A stretch of 64,000 nucleotides of DNA from Tubulanus polymorphus (GCF_964204645.1 NC_134025.1:16653101-16717100); one strand, 5' to 3'. Positions 51,105 to 62,455 are shown, counted from the first letter of the stretch. A program made the numbers and translations. Notes: generated by a model not told the origin, from the letters alone.

Positions 51105-51693
51105 ATGAATAAGGAATTATTTATATTTGAGCCTCATAATATGTTAATTTCTGGTGTAACAAATTGTGGAAAAACTTATTTTATATGAAATTTATTAGAA
51201 ACTATTTATAAAAACTATTTTGATAATGTAGTATTGTTTTGCCCAACGCATGCATTTAATCAGACTTATGATAGAAATATTACTAGAAATAATAAATTTA
51301 TTATATCTAAAATTTTGATAATGGTATTAAAATAGCAATTGATATATATAAAGGATCTAATACATTATTCATTATAGATGATTGTGCAAATTACATGATT
51401 CAAAAGTTAGAGAAAGTGAGTTATGTTATCTAGCTTTCTCTGGGAGACATTTTGGGATAACAACATGGGTTTTAAATCAAAAATATAATTTAATTGTTAA
51501 AGATTTTAGGGAGAATATAAGATTTCTAGTTTCATTTTATAACAAAGATAGAAAATCGATGAAAAATGCACTTGAGGAAAATGATATTATTCCACATGAT
51601 TTACATAATGAATATATGGGTAAATTGAAAAATAATAAAAGATCAAAATTACTATTTCGATTACAATACCCATTTAAATATGAATTCATTTAA
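51105..51693 (+). pseudogene. Element A packaging ATPase
   Basis: GVTNCGKT, LFIIDD, AFSGRHFGITTWVLNQ. Confidence 0.9.
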
Positions 51694-51694
51694 A

Positions 51695-51869
51695 TTCAAC
51701 TAGCTTGTTAATCTAGTATATTTTTAGTTACATTCTAGTTGAATTCTAGTTATTGGTAGTTGAAACAAAAATCAAATAAAATTCAACAAAAAATAAATAA
51801 AAACAACAATATTTCAACTAGCTTGTTAATCTAGTATATTTTTAGTTACATTCTAGTTGAATTCTAGTT
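51695..51869. repeat. 57-bp intergenic direct repeat, two copies
   Basis: TTCAACTAGCTTGTTAATCTAGTATATTTTTAGTTACATTCTAGTTGAATTCTAGTT at ~51695 and ~51813. Confidence 0.85.
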
Positions 51870-51901
51870 GCAACAAAACAACTAATTTGTTTGTTATATA
51901 A

Positions 51902-52793
51902 ATGGGAGGTGAAAAGAAAACGAAATCTAAAAATGGTTCCCATTGAAAAAACTTTAAATGATTTAGGAATAACAGAAACAAAATTAACTCCAGATGATGG
52001 TGCTTTAAATAATGTTACAACAAATGATAATTATGAATATTATCTTTATTGCAAACATCAATTAGAAATATTAATAGCATCTGGAAAATGTAAAACTTTT
52101 ATTGGTAAAAATTTACCTTATAATGAATTAGATACAATGAAACCAGATCAAATTATTAAATTATTTAAGATTTACGAAACTGCGAGAATCGCTAGAATTA
52201 ATGATGCGATATCAGAAAATGTAGTAAAAGGTTATAGTAAATTATGTAAATATATGCTACCAATTGAAGATGAAAATAGATTATATGCCGATTTAAAAAA
52301 ATGATTATTTAGTTATGACTGAATTAAATAAATGGATTGGATATTTATCATTTCAGTTAGGTGGATTTATGACATTATTATCAACTGGAGTTATAACATT
52401 TTCAAATATTGAAAGTAAAAATTTTTCTACTATAAATGAGCAAGGTGGAAGAAGTGAAGAAAAAAACCGAGAACTCCGAAACAAATTGAATGGTCTCGGC
52501 AATTAGGAATTAAATCACAAGAATATAAAAAAGCTGTAAAAGAAAAAATTAGTAATAAAAATGTTAATAAAAATGGTGAAAATATTGTTATTTCTACTCC
52601 TTCTAATAATAGAATATTTGATAAATATCTATATTTTACAGCTGGATTTGTAATTGTATTCATTTTGATTGGGTGTAGTTGAAGTGTATAAGAAATCAAA
52701 TAAAATTTATGATATTAATAATTCTGAAACAACTGCTATTAAAAATGAAAATACTTCTGAATTTCCAAAATTGACAATAAAAAAATGGATTAA
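51902..52793 (+). pseudogene. Two hypothetical genes after the ATPase (starts at 51902 and 52436)
   Basis: TAAATG starts; same order and similar character as B's 32375 and 32856 genes. Confidence 0.55.
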
Positions 52794-52896
52794 TATTTTA
52801 GAAAAAAAAGCAAAAAAATTTATTTTTTTAAAATTAATTCAATATCACCATGTGGGTGCCGTACGGCACCATCTCACTACTTTTGTCTATCTACGC

Positions 52897-53907
52897 GGAG
52901 CAATTAAATTGTCCAGATAAGTCATTTCGGATTCTAGATATTCATTATTGTAATTATTTTATTTTTTATTTAATCAACAATTTCTAAATCATGATGACTG
53001 TCTTCAATTTTTCCATGATAGATTATTTTAAATCCTTCTAAATCTTTTAATTCCTCTGTACTCAATGAAACCCATTTATCAGGTAAAAATACTTTAAATT
53101 CTCGCGTTGTACTAACGCTACAGTAACTTAAATTTGCAGATACTTTCTCTCCATATTTAGTTTTAATCTTTTCTAATTTCAATATTTTATGTTCAATTTC
53201 TTTTGTAACATCGGCTAACTTTTTTATTCGGACTTTTATTTCATACTTTTTTATTTCTGACTTTCGTCGAAAACCCTCTTGAAATTCTGTTGATTATTAT
53301 TATTATTATATATTTTCCGCCGATTTCGTCAAATAAAATTCATCTTCATTCAGATTCGGCAACTGACAGCTTCGAAACGAAATGTATAAATTGATACTGT
53401 AATAACGGTCTCTCTGAACCAACAGATTGTCTGAATGTACTTTCCATCCTATTTGAAACCTAAAATTACTTATTAGGTTACTGTAAATAAAGAATTGAAT
53501 TGAATTGTTAGACAACAAGCACCGGCGAAATAACAGTTTGTGACGTCATTTAGTAAGTAAATAAAGGAGGGCTCCGAGAATTTCCAAATCACGGGGGACT
53601 ATACTGGGGTTAGACCATTCAACCAAAAAGAGGATTGCTCCGATAATATCCAAATCATCTCATTTTATTTTTCCATCGAATGCCCGGTAATTAATTTTTC
53701 CTTTCGATCACATGCATCCAAAAAACCCGTTATCGCTGCTTTGAAGCTATATTTTCAAATTGTTTTTTTCCTGGTTTTATTCTGTTATTTATTGTTGCTA
53801 AGAATGCTTTTCTATCTGCCATTTATTAGGGGAAAAAATTATTTGTGGTGATGAGGGGTGTCTCGACCTCACGACCTCTGGTATGAAAGCCTACTTTTCC
53901 TATTACT
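52897..53907. repeat. Right TIR of element A, containing a small gene and a nested insertion
   Basis: Blocks match the left TIR. A minus-strand gene starts MADRKAFLATINNRIKP at 53822 and ends KTKYGEKVSANL...FKVFLPDKW...EIVD at 52970. Confidence 0.75.
53293..53752 (+). mobile_element. Non-autonomous Helentron-type insertion in A's right TIR
   Basis: Ends AAACCCGTTATCGCTGCTTTGAAGCTATATT, nearly identical to the end at 62797-62828; both lie in T-rich Polinton DNA. Confidence 0.55.
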
Positions 53908-53913
53908 CGCGTA

Positions 53914-55940
53914 TACAACTGCACGTTAACCATCTTGTGATGCGTCTACAAATGCGTGTAGTTGCACCTTCTTTGGTGTTGCCTCCGATGCGACTCGTAT
54001 GCACCTAGGTATTCTTATCTTGTGCAGATCGTCTAGTTCTGCAAACCATTTCTTTATCTTCTTCTCGAGATCTGGATTCAGCTCTTCGTCCCATTCTACA
54101 CCGTCCACCCACATCTCTTGCATGATTATCTTAGACCGTAAGATAAATGGAGTGAGACATCCGAGTGGATCAAACAATGAGGATATCTTTGATAAAACCT
54201 TTCTTTTGGTGTACGCAAATCCTTCATCTGGACTCTTAGCTTGGAATTGAATTGTATCTTTCTCTGCTTGCCATGTTACACGTCTTAATCTTAGGAAGAT
54301 TCCCATCATCTAGATTGATCTCCGCTACTCTATTTTCTTCAGGTATTTGTCGTAATACCTCTAAAGAATTCGACATCCACTTTCTTGCGTGCATGCCTGC
54401 CTTGCTCCACAACTGAAATAACTGAGAATATAATTCGATGGCTGTTTCGATATCTTCAACTGAATCCATACTATCATCCATATACGTCGAGTTGAGTACA
54501 GTCCTCGCTGCCAATGGATATCTATCTTCTTTCGAGATACATATTGAGCAAGGAATGGCGATGAATTTACCCCAAACACGACTCGATTAAACTCGTATAC
54601 ATCTGATGGCCTGTTCGTCTGCAGGTCCCGCCATAGGAGTCTGTGGTATTGCCTATCTTCAGGTGCTATAGATATTTGAAGGTACATCTCTGCGATGTCA
54701 CACACAATAGCTATCGGATATCTTCTGAATCTCAACAACACGTCAAACAAGTCTCCCTGTAGCTTCGGCCCTTGATAGATCGTATCGTTGAGTGATGTGC
54801 CTGCAAACTTCGCTGAAGCATCAAAAACTATTCTTGTTTTTGTCGTTCACCTATCTGGACGAATCACTGGAAAATGTGGTAAATACCAATGACCGCTGCT
54901 GGTGTCTTCTCCTTTAGGTATCTTTTCTATGTATTTCTGGATCGTCGTTTTATACGCCTCTGCTATTTCTGGATTTCTTCTCAACCGACTTTCTGTGTTC
55001 TCAAGACGTTTGAGTGCAACCTGGTAATTGTCTTCAAGTTTTCTTATTTCACCCTTCCATGGTACTGCTACTTCATAACGCCCTTCTTGGTATGTTAGCG
55101 ACCCTTCCACTGTCTTGAGCGCCTGTCGATCTTCGTGACTTAGGATTTCTTTTGTGGACCCAAAGTTCTCTATTTCCCAGAACTTCTCAACTGATGAACT
55201 AAGTTCTTGATCGGCTTTGCAGAAAGTATGTACTTACAAAGTTCGTCTGAATATTCGTTGTTCCATCCGTTTTTCCTGATGGACAACCAATACAAGTCCA
55301 CCCAAGTGGTGTTAATCTTGCCACTGGCTCTTTCGGTCTTCCGCGTATATCTCTATACGAATAATGTAGTTCAATGTTGTCTATACCTATTAACATGTCT
55401 ACAATAGGTCGTTTTCCTAAACGTCGGAACTGTATGCCTTTCAGATGATTCCACCTATCTCTATAGCCGTTCCAGTCAACTGCTTTCATCTGGCCTGTTA
55501 CTCTATCTGTGGTGTATACACTGACTAGGGTATCTACCTGTCCGTTCACACTCTCTAACTGTACTTCTACTGGTGTAGTTATAAACGTCTCCGTTTGTCC
55601 ATGATAACGTTTACCGTTAATTTTTCCATCGACCCCCTCAGCCCTAGTTCTGCAGCTACGTCACTGTTCAGGTATGTTTTGGTGCTTGCATCGTCTAGTA
55701 AGGCGTTGATTCGAAGTTTCTCACCAGTTTTCAAAATCACTGGTACTGTTCTCATGGTTATGAAGTTGCATCTGGTGTTCCGAGTTATCAAGCTTACGTC
55801 TTCTGATGGCTGCGTGTTGCAACGTTCCCCTTCCGTGGCAGCGCTCTGGCAGTAGCTCGCTCTAGGTGCGTCGACGTTTATTAGTTTTTCTCTATGCAAC
55901 AATCGGTTGCGTGTATCTTTACATTTTGTTGACTCCGCAA
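53914..55940 (-). pseudogene. BEL/Pao pol, 5' half (protease, RT, RNase H start)
   Basis: [71 protein letters not shown]. Confidence 0.93.
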
Positions 55941-55971
55941 AGAAATAATACTTTCTAAAGGTAACAATGAT

Positions 55972-56376
55972 TTGATTAACTTAAGAATTGAAAAACGTCA
56001 ATTATATTATTCTAATTTTGATAATAAACAAATTATTTATAATGAAAATTCATCAAATATTGGAATTCAATGTGATTTAGAAAGCAATAATTCTTTTAAA
56101 GATATTGCAATTCAATGTGATTTAGAAAGCAATAATTCTTTTAAAGATATGGCAATTCAATGTGATTTAGAAAATAATAAATCTTTTAAAGATATTGGAA
56201 TTCAATGTAATTTAGATAATGAATTTAATAGATTAAATCCTAATGAAAAAATCCATTGTTATTGCGGAGGTAAACATTTAAAATCACATAAATCAAAGCA
56301 TTATCAAACAATTAAACATAAAAACTGTGAAAAGAGTAACAATTCTACATTGAAAATAAATAAAGTCATCAAATAA
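55972..56376 (+). CDS. 5'-truncated AT-rich ORF with 15-aa repeats and a C2H2-like finger (Polinton-like fragment D)
   Basis: 45-bp unit encoding (D/N)(I/M)(G/A)IQC(D/N)L four times, then CYCGGKH..SHKSKHYQTIKH. Confidence 0.6.
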   Translation: MINLRIEKRQLYYSNFDNKQIIYNENSSNIGIQCDLESNNSFKDIAIQCDLESNNSFKDMAIQCDLENNKSFKDIGIQCNLDNEFNRLNPNEKIHCYCGGKHLKSHKSKHYQTIKHKNCEKSNNSTLKINKVIK

Positions 56377-56633
56377 TTATTGAAATTAAGTTAAATGATT
56401 TAGATATCTAATAGACTGTTAAAATGATAAATTGTTTTACTGTTAAAATAATAAATTGTTAGACTGTTGAAATGTTAAATTGTTAGACTGTTGAAATGTT
56501 AAATTGTTTGGCTGTAAATTTAATTGTTATTTGATTTAATCATTTAAAAGTTTAATATTTTTAAAATGATTATAAAATATTAAATTAAAAACTAGCAAAT
56601 ATTTATAATGTTTTTAATTTTTTTCGTAAATAA

Positions 56634-56822
56634 ATGGATGGTTTCATTCCAACTGGAAAAAGTGATTTAAAACATTATTTAGTTGCTGGAGGTTTAATTT
56701 TGGCTGCGCTATACTTTTATTATGGAAATATCAGTAAGGATTTGATTAATGAAAATAATAAATTAAGTAAGAAATTGAAGAAATTAAATATGTTAAGGTG
56801 TTTGGGTCCGCTGGACCGTTAG
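56634..56822 (+). CDS. Small membrane protein with a TAAATG start (fragment D)
   Basis: TTTTTTCGTAAATAAATG start like those of element A; hydrophobic segment YLVAGGLILAALYFYY. Confidence 0.45.
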   Translation: MDGFIPTGKSDLKHYLVAGGLILAALYFYYGNISKDLINENNKLSKKLKKLNMLRCLGPLDR

Positions 56823-57571
56823 AGGCTGGGCAACACAGCCAGTTCCACGAGGGTGTAGCAATATGTGCACATTAGTATGTAGTTTAAATATCCACAGTAG
56901 AAAAAGTTGTATTTAGGTCCGTAAGACCGTTAGAGGCTGGGTGACGCAGCCAGTTCACGAGGGTGTAGCAATGTAACAATTATATCATTCACAGTAGAAA
57001 TAAAAACGAGTAATTCATATTGAGAATGTGAGGTACACATTGTGTTGTTTCTTTTATATATAGTAAACAGGCGTCGGTGTATGACTGTATTATATTGCAA
57101 GTCATTGCAAATAGTACTGATAGCCTAATCAGATAGATGGCGTGTGTATCAGCAACACATTCGAGGCCTTACGGTGGCGGGTAGTGGTGAGAACCGATAT
57201 GGATGTTAGATTTGTGCAAAGGTGGGACGGGCTTTCCTCGTCTCGTGTGGCTCATTGGATTGAACTTCAAAACAAAATTTACGATATTTAGGTGGGTTGT
57301 TAAATTCAATAGGCCTACGACCAATCTGTCCGGATGTTAGGCCTACGCATATACATAGGCCTACATAGGCTAGTAGCCTCTACTAGGTTAAGCGTTCGCT
57401 GTGGGGGAAAGGAGATCGTTCGCTGTGTCGCTTGAAGTGTTTATCGAGTTTTACGCGACCTTAAGGCTTTAGTATGGTGGCTGATAAGGGCCATGCGTAA
57501 AAAAAAACATGTATATGCAAATGAGGGCGACATTATGACAAAACGACAAAACTTAAATAACGCGGCAAAAC

Positions 57572-58689
57572 AATAATTTTGGTTTTGTCGCCCGCGACAA
57601 TTCATTATTTTGGTTTTATCGCCCGCGACAATTCATTATTTGGTTTTATCGCCCGCGACAATTCATTAATTTGGTTTTGTCACCCGCGACAAAACAATAT
57701 TTTGGTTTTGTCGCCCACGACAATTCACCATTTTGGTTTTATCACCCGCGACAATTCATTATTTTGGTTTTATCGCCCGCGACAATTCATTATTTTGGTT
57801 TTGTCGCCTGCGACAATTCACCGTTTTGGTTTTGTCGCCCGCGACAATTCACCATTTTGGTTTTGTCACCCGCGACAATTCATTATTTTGGTTTTATCGC
57901 CCGCGACAATTCATTATTTTGGTTTTATCGCCCGCGACAATTCATTATTTTGGTTTTGTCACCCGAGACAATTCATCATTTTGGTTTTATCGCCCGCGAC
58001 AATTCATTATTTTGGTTTTGTCGCCCGCGACAATTCACAATTTTGGTTTTGTCGCCTGGACAATTCACAATTTTGGTTTTATCGCCAGCGACAATTCATT
58101 ATTTTGGTTTTGTTGACCGCGACAATTCTTCTTTTTTTGTTTTGTCACCTGCGACAATTCATTATTTTGGTTTTGTCGCCCGCGACAATTCACCATTTTG
58201 GTTTTGTCGCCCGCGACAATTCACCATTTTGGTTTTGTCGCCTGGACAATTCACCATTTTGGTTTTGTCGCCCGCGACAATTCATTATTTTTGTTTTGTT
58301 GCCCCCACAATTCTTTTTTTGGTTTTGTCGCCCGCGACAATTCATTAGTTTGGTTTTGTCGCCCGCGACAATTCAATATTTTGGTTTTATCTCCAGCGAC
58401 AATTCATTATTTTGGTTTTGTCGCCCGCGACAATTCTTCTTTTCATTTTGACGCCTGCGACAATTCATTATTTTGGTTTTATATTTTGTTTTTGTCGCCC
58501 GCGACAATTCATTATTTTGGTTTTATCGCCTGCGACAATTCAATATTTTGGTTTTATCGCCCGCGATAATTCATTATTTTGGTTTTATTGCCCTGTGACA
58601 ATTTATTATTTTGGTTTTGTCGCACGAGACAATTCATTATTTTGGTTTTATCGCCCGCGACAATTCATTATTTTGGTTTTGCCGCCCAA
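57572..58689. repeat. 31-bp satellite/minisatellite, first block (~36 units)
   Basis: Unit TTTTGGTTTTGTCGCCCGCGACAATTCATTA with period 31 (for example 57781, 57812, 57843). Confidence 0.97.
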
Positions 58690-61600
58690 AGAAAATTTTG
58701 AAGACGCTTTGATCAATTACCTTGATCTTTCGTTTATATTTGAATCTACCAAAGGCCCATCAGCATAAGAAAATTTGGTCGATCTGACTCAAGATGGCCG
58801 TCCTATGACCTTTTTAGTGCCCAAAAATGTCAATTTTGGCCAGAATTCTAGGTCCTGTAGCTTCCTACTGGTTTGCCATTTCTCATTGCAATTACTGATG
58901 GATATTTTTTAGAGAGGGATGTTTTATACCTGGGACAGGTATTTTTGATCAGCCAATTATGACGCAATTGGCGGCCATCTTGGTGTCATCAGTACTCATT
59001 CGTAGGTGGGAAAAAGTTTTTCCACAATTAATCGATACCTAAGCATATTGTGTTACTATATTCAATTGGAAAGTTGTAGCCCATGACGTGTTCTATGATT
59101 TTGGTGAGTTTCAAGGTCATTGGTTTTTGTATGTGGCCATCAGGGGGCGTTGAATAATACAATAACTTAGTATCGCTATATTATATTTGTACCAAGGCAT
59201 ATTTTGTTACCATGATCAATGGCAAAGTTGTAGTTCATGACATCGTCTATGATTGTGGTGAGTTTTTAAGGACATTAGTTATTCCATATAGTCACCAGGG
59301 GGCGTTGAATAGTAGAAAAGCTTAGTTTTTCCTTATTAGATTGGTACCTAGGCATAGTTTGTTACCATGATCCATTGCAAAGTTGTAGTTCATGACATCG
59401 TCTATGATTGTGGTGAGTTTTTGAGGACATTAGTTATTCCATATAGTCACCAGGGGGCGCTGAATAGTAGAATGGCTTAGTATTTCCTTATTAGATTGGT
59501 ACCTAGGCATATTTTGTTACTATGATCAATTGCAAAGTTGTATTTCATGACATGTACTACGATTGTGGTGAGTTTTAAGGTCATTGGGTTTTGCATATGA
59601 TCACCAGGGGGCGTTGAATAGTAGAATAACTTAGTATTTCCATATTAAAGTTTTGAAGACGCTTCAAGGTAATGTCTTGATATTTGGTTTATACATGTAT
59701 CTACCCTAGACACATCGTCAGCCCAAAAACTGGCCCTGTCAGATTCAAGATGGCCGACTGGCAGCCATTGTTGTTTGCCAAAATCAGCACTTTTTAAACA
59801 TTTTCGGAGTTTTCGTGGGAAATTTTGAAGACGCTTTGATCAATTACCTTGATCTTTCGTTTATATTTGAATCTACCAAAGGCCCATCAGCATAAGAAAA
59901 TTGGGTCGATCTGACTCAAGATGGCCGTCCTATGACCTTTTTTGTGCCCAAAATGTCAATTTTGGCCAGAATTCTAGGTCCTGTAGCTTCCTACTGGTTT
60001 GCCATTTCTCATTGCAATTGCTGATGGATATTCTTTAGAGAGGGATGTTTTATACCTGGGACAGGTATTTTTGATCAGCCAATTATGACGCAATTGGCGG
60101 CCATCTTGGTGTCATCAGTACTCATTCGTAGGTGGGAACAAGAAAATTAATTTTAGAAAATTATTTGACGCCTGCGAAAAAAATGTATAATTTCTGGGCT
60201 AAGCTAATGTGGAATTGCAAATTTGAAATCGAAGTTTTAAGAAATTTGGGGAATGATGAGATTTGGCGATTGGGTAGATGATACAGCGGGTCTTCGACTC
60301 TAGTAGTGGTTTAAATTTTTTTATTGAAAATTCTCAATAATTGATCGCGGACTTGCGACCGACTTCATTTACTTATGCCTCTAAGCTGGTCTGCAACTTC
60401 ATTGCCTCCATGGTTGAAGAACGAGCTCTTCTGATGTCTGCTTCATCATGACTTCGAGCATATCGTGTGGCCTAGCCAGCCGGCCCGGGCCACGGGTTTG
60501 GCTGTCACTCGATATCCTAGAGTCTTGAGTCTGGGTGGGTTGAAGTAGACATTGTCATTTAAAATAACATGCTTATGTTGTTCTGTATGAATTACCCGTG
60601 TGTCATGTATGTTGTATTAATTTATTTTAAAATTTGTATTTATTGAATTTGGGAATTTTATCCCGAAATTTCAATGTTATAAGGATCAATAAAGAATTGA
60701 ATTGAATTGTCACCTAATACACATGCCATCAGAGGACGCGGAGCCGTATATGATAGCTATGCTATTATAAATTGCTAATATCACGAAACCTGCATACTCC
60801 TAATATCAAACATTTTCTAAAACGTTTGAATATTGAAATTATATGTTTACACATTTTCATATTGACCGCTTTTAGCCGCTGATGAAATTCACGCCGGCCC
60901 TACACACATCGTAGATAGCTTCGTCATTCCACCGGCATGCCCACGTCAGGGTCTGACTTTTATATCAGACTTCCAAATCGTGTATACATCCGCCATTTAA
61001 CCGGATAATCCGATTTACTTATCATTTCTATTTATGCCTGCCCCTTCTGATATAATCATACATCCTTTACTATTACAATACGTCTTCTAATGATATTCAA
61101 TGCAATATAACATTTCGACGTTCAAATATAGGTCATTATATAATCACAGGAAGCCATTCTACATCTATGTCAATAATATTTTGCCAGATTGCTTGTTTGT
61201 GTACACATAGACCTGTGACGTTTTGCACATCGATTTACGGCTGTCGTTTGTAAAATGACGCTGAATGGTTAACATTGTTTAGGTTTCATAATGGTAACGT
61301 TTTATAAGGCGTCAAAAAAGTTTTTCCACAATTAATTGATACCTAAGCATATTGTGTTACTATATTCAATTGGAAAGTTGTAGCCCATAACGTGTTCTAT
61401 GATTTTGGTGAGTTTCAAGGTCATTGGTTTTTGTATGTGGCCATCAGGGGGCGTTGAATAATACAATAACTTAGTATCGCTATATTATATTTGTACCAAG
61501 GCATATTTTGTTACCATGATCAATGGCAAAGTTGTAGTTCATGACATCGTCTATGATTGTGGTGAGTTTTTAAGGACATTAGTTATTCCATATAGTCGCC

Positions 61601-62147
61601 AGGGGGCGTTGAATAGTAGAAAAGCTTAGTTCTTCCTTATTAGATTGGTACCTAGGCATAGTTTGTTACCATGATCCATTGCAAAGTTGTAGTTCATGAC
61701 ATCGTCTATGATTGTGGTGAGTTTTTAAGGACATTAGTTATTCCATACAGTCACCAGGGGGCGCTGAATAGTAGAATGGCTTAGTATTTCCTTATTAGAT
61801 TGGTACCTAGGCATATTTTGTTACTATGATCAATTGCAAAGTTGTATTTCATGACATGTACTACGATTGTGGTGAGTTTTAAGGTCATTGGGTTTTGCAT
61901 ATGGTCACCAGGGGGCGTTGAATAGTAGAATAACTTAGTGTTTCCATATTAAATTGGTAACGAGGCATATTTTGTTATCACAATCAATTACAAAATCATA
62001 GCTGCTCACATTTTCTATGATTGTGGTGGGTTTCAAGGTCATTGGTTTTTGTATATGGTCACTAGAGGGCGTTATGTATTGAAATTGTTAGATTGTTGAG
62101 CATTTGAAACCACTGCCCAAGTGAGCATGGTGTCCCTGGACCCCTAG
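58690..62147 (+). mobile_element. Helentron/DINE-1-like non-autonomous element with 155-bp internal tandem repeats and duplicated blocks
   Basis: Same family as 6576-7196. 58693-59010 repeats at 59820-60135, and 59010-59650 repeats at 61315-61950. The 3' end reads GTGAGCATGGTGTCCCTGGACCCCTAGTT. Confidence 0.7.
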
Positions 62148-62455
62148 TTTGGTTTTGTCGCCCGCGACAATTCATTATTTTGGTTTTGTCGCACGCAACA
62201 ATTCAATAGTTTGTTTTTTTCGTCTGCGACAATTCATTATTTTGGTTTTATCGCCCGCAACAATTCAATATTTTGGTTTTAACGCCCGCGACAATTCATT
62301 ATTGTGGTTTTATCGCCCGCGACAATTCATTATTTTGGTTTTATCGGCCGCAACAATTCATTATTTTTGTTTTGTCGCCCGTGACAATTCAATATTTTGG
62401 TTTTTTCACCCGCGACAATTCATAATTTTGGTTTTGTCGCCGGTGGTTTTGTCGG
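62148..62455. repeat. 31-bp satellite, second block (~10 units)
   Basis: Same unit as 57572-58689, resuming after the insertion. Confidence 0.95.

Larger units (their letters stand above)
9057..53907 (+). mobile_element. Polinton/Maverick (adintovirus-like) element A, AT-rich and decayed, inserted in BEL/Pao
   Basis: Inverted termini AGTAATAGGAAAAGTAGG / CCTACTTTTCCTATTACT with a 6-bp TSD CGCGTA (9051-9056, 53908-53913). Removing it restores the BEL frame DASQDG*RAVVYA-VCTYKGTDEVSSRMIAAKSRVAP. Contains pPolB, integrase, ATPase and capsid genes. Confidence 0.95.

Noticed and set aside
56805-56862. HDV-like ribozyme suggested by GGCTGGGCAACA
   Set aside because: The nested double pseudoknot cannot be built, and the second copy changes this word.
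57572-58768. 31-bp palindromic repeats as a CRISPR array, and the long ORFs over them
   Set aside because: The units are head-to-tail with no unique spacers, there are no cas genes and the context is eukaryotic. The ORFs are artefacts of a stop-poor repeat.
60688-60709. AATAAA-(GAATT)n tracts (also ~53486, ~4940, ~40775) as a novel repeat
   Set aside because: They are most simply 3' tails of truncated LINE/SINE copies.
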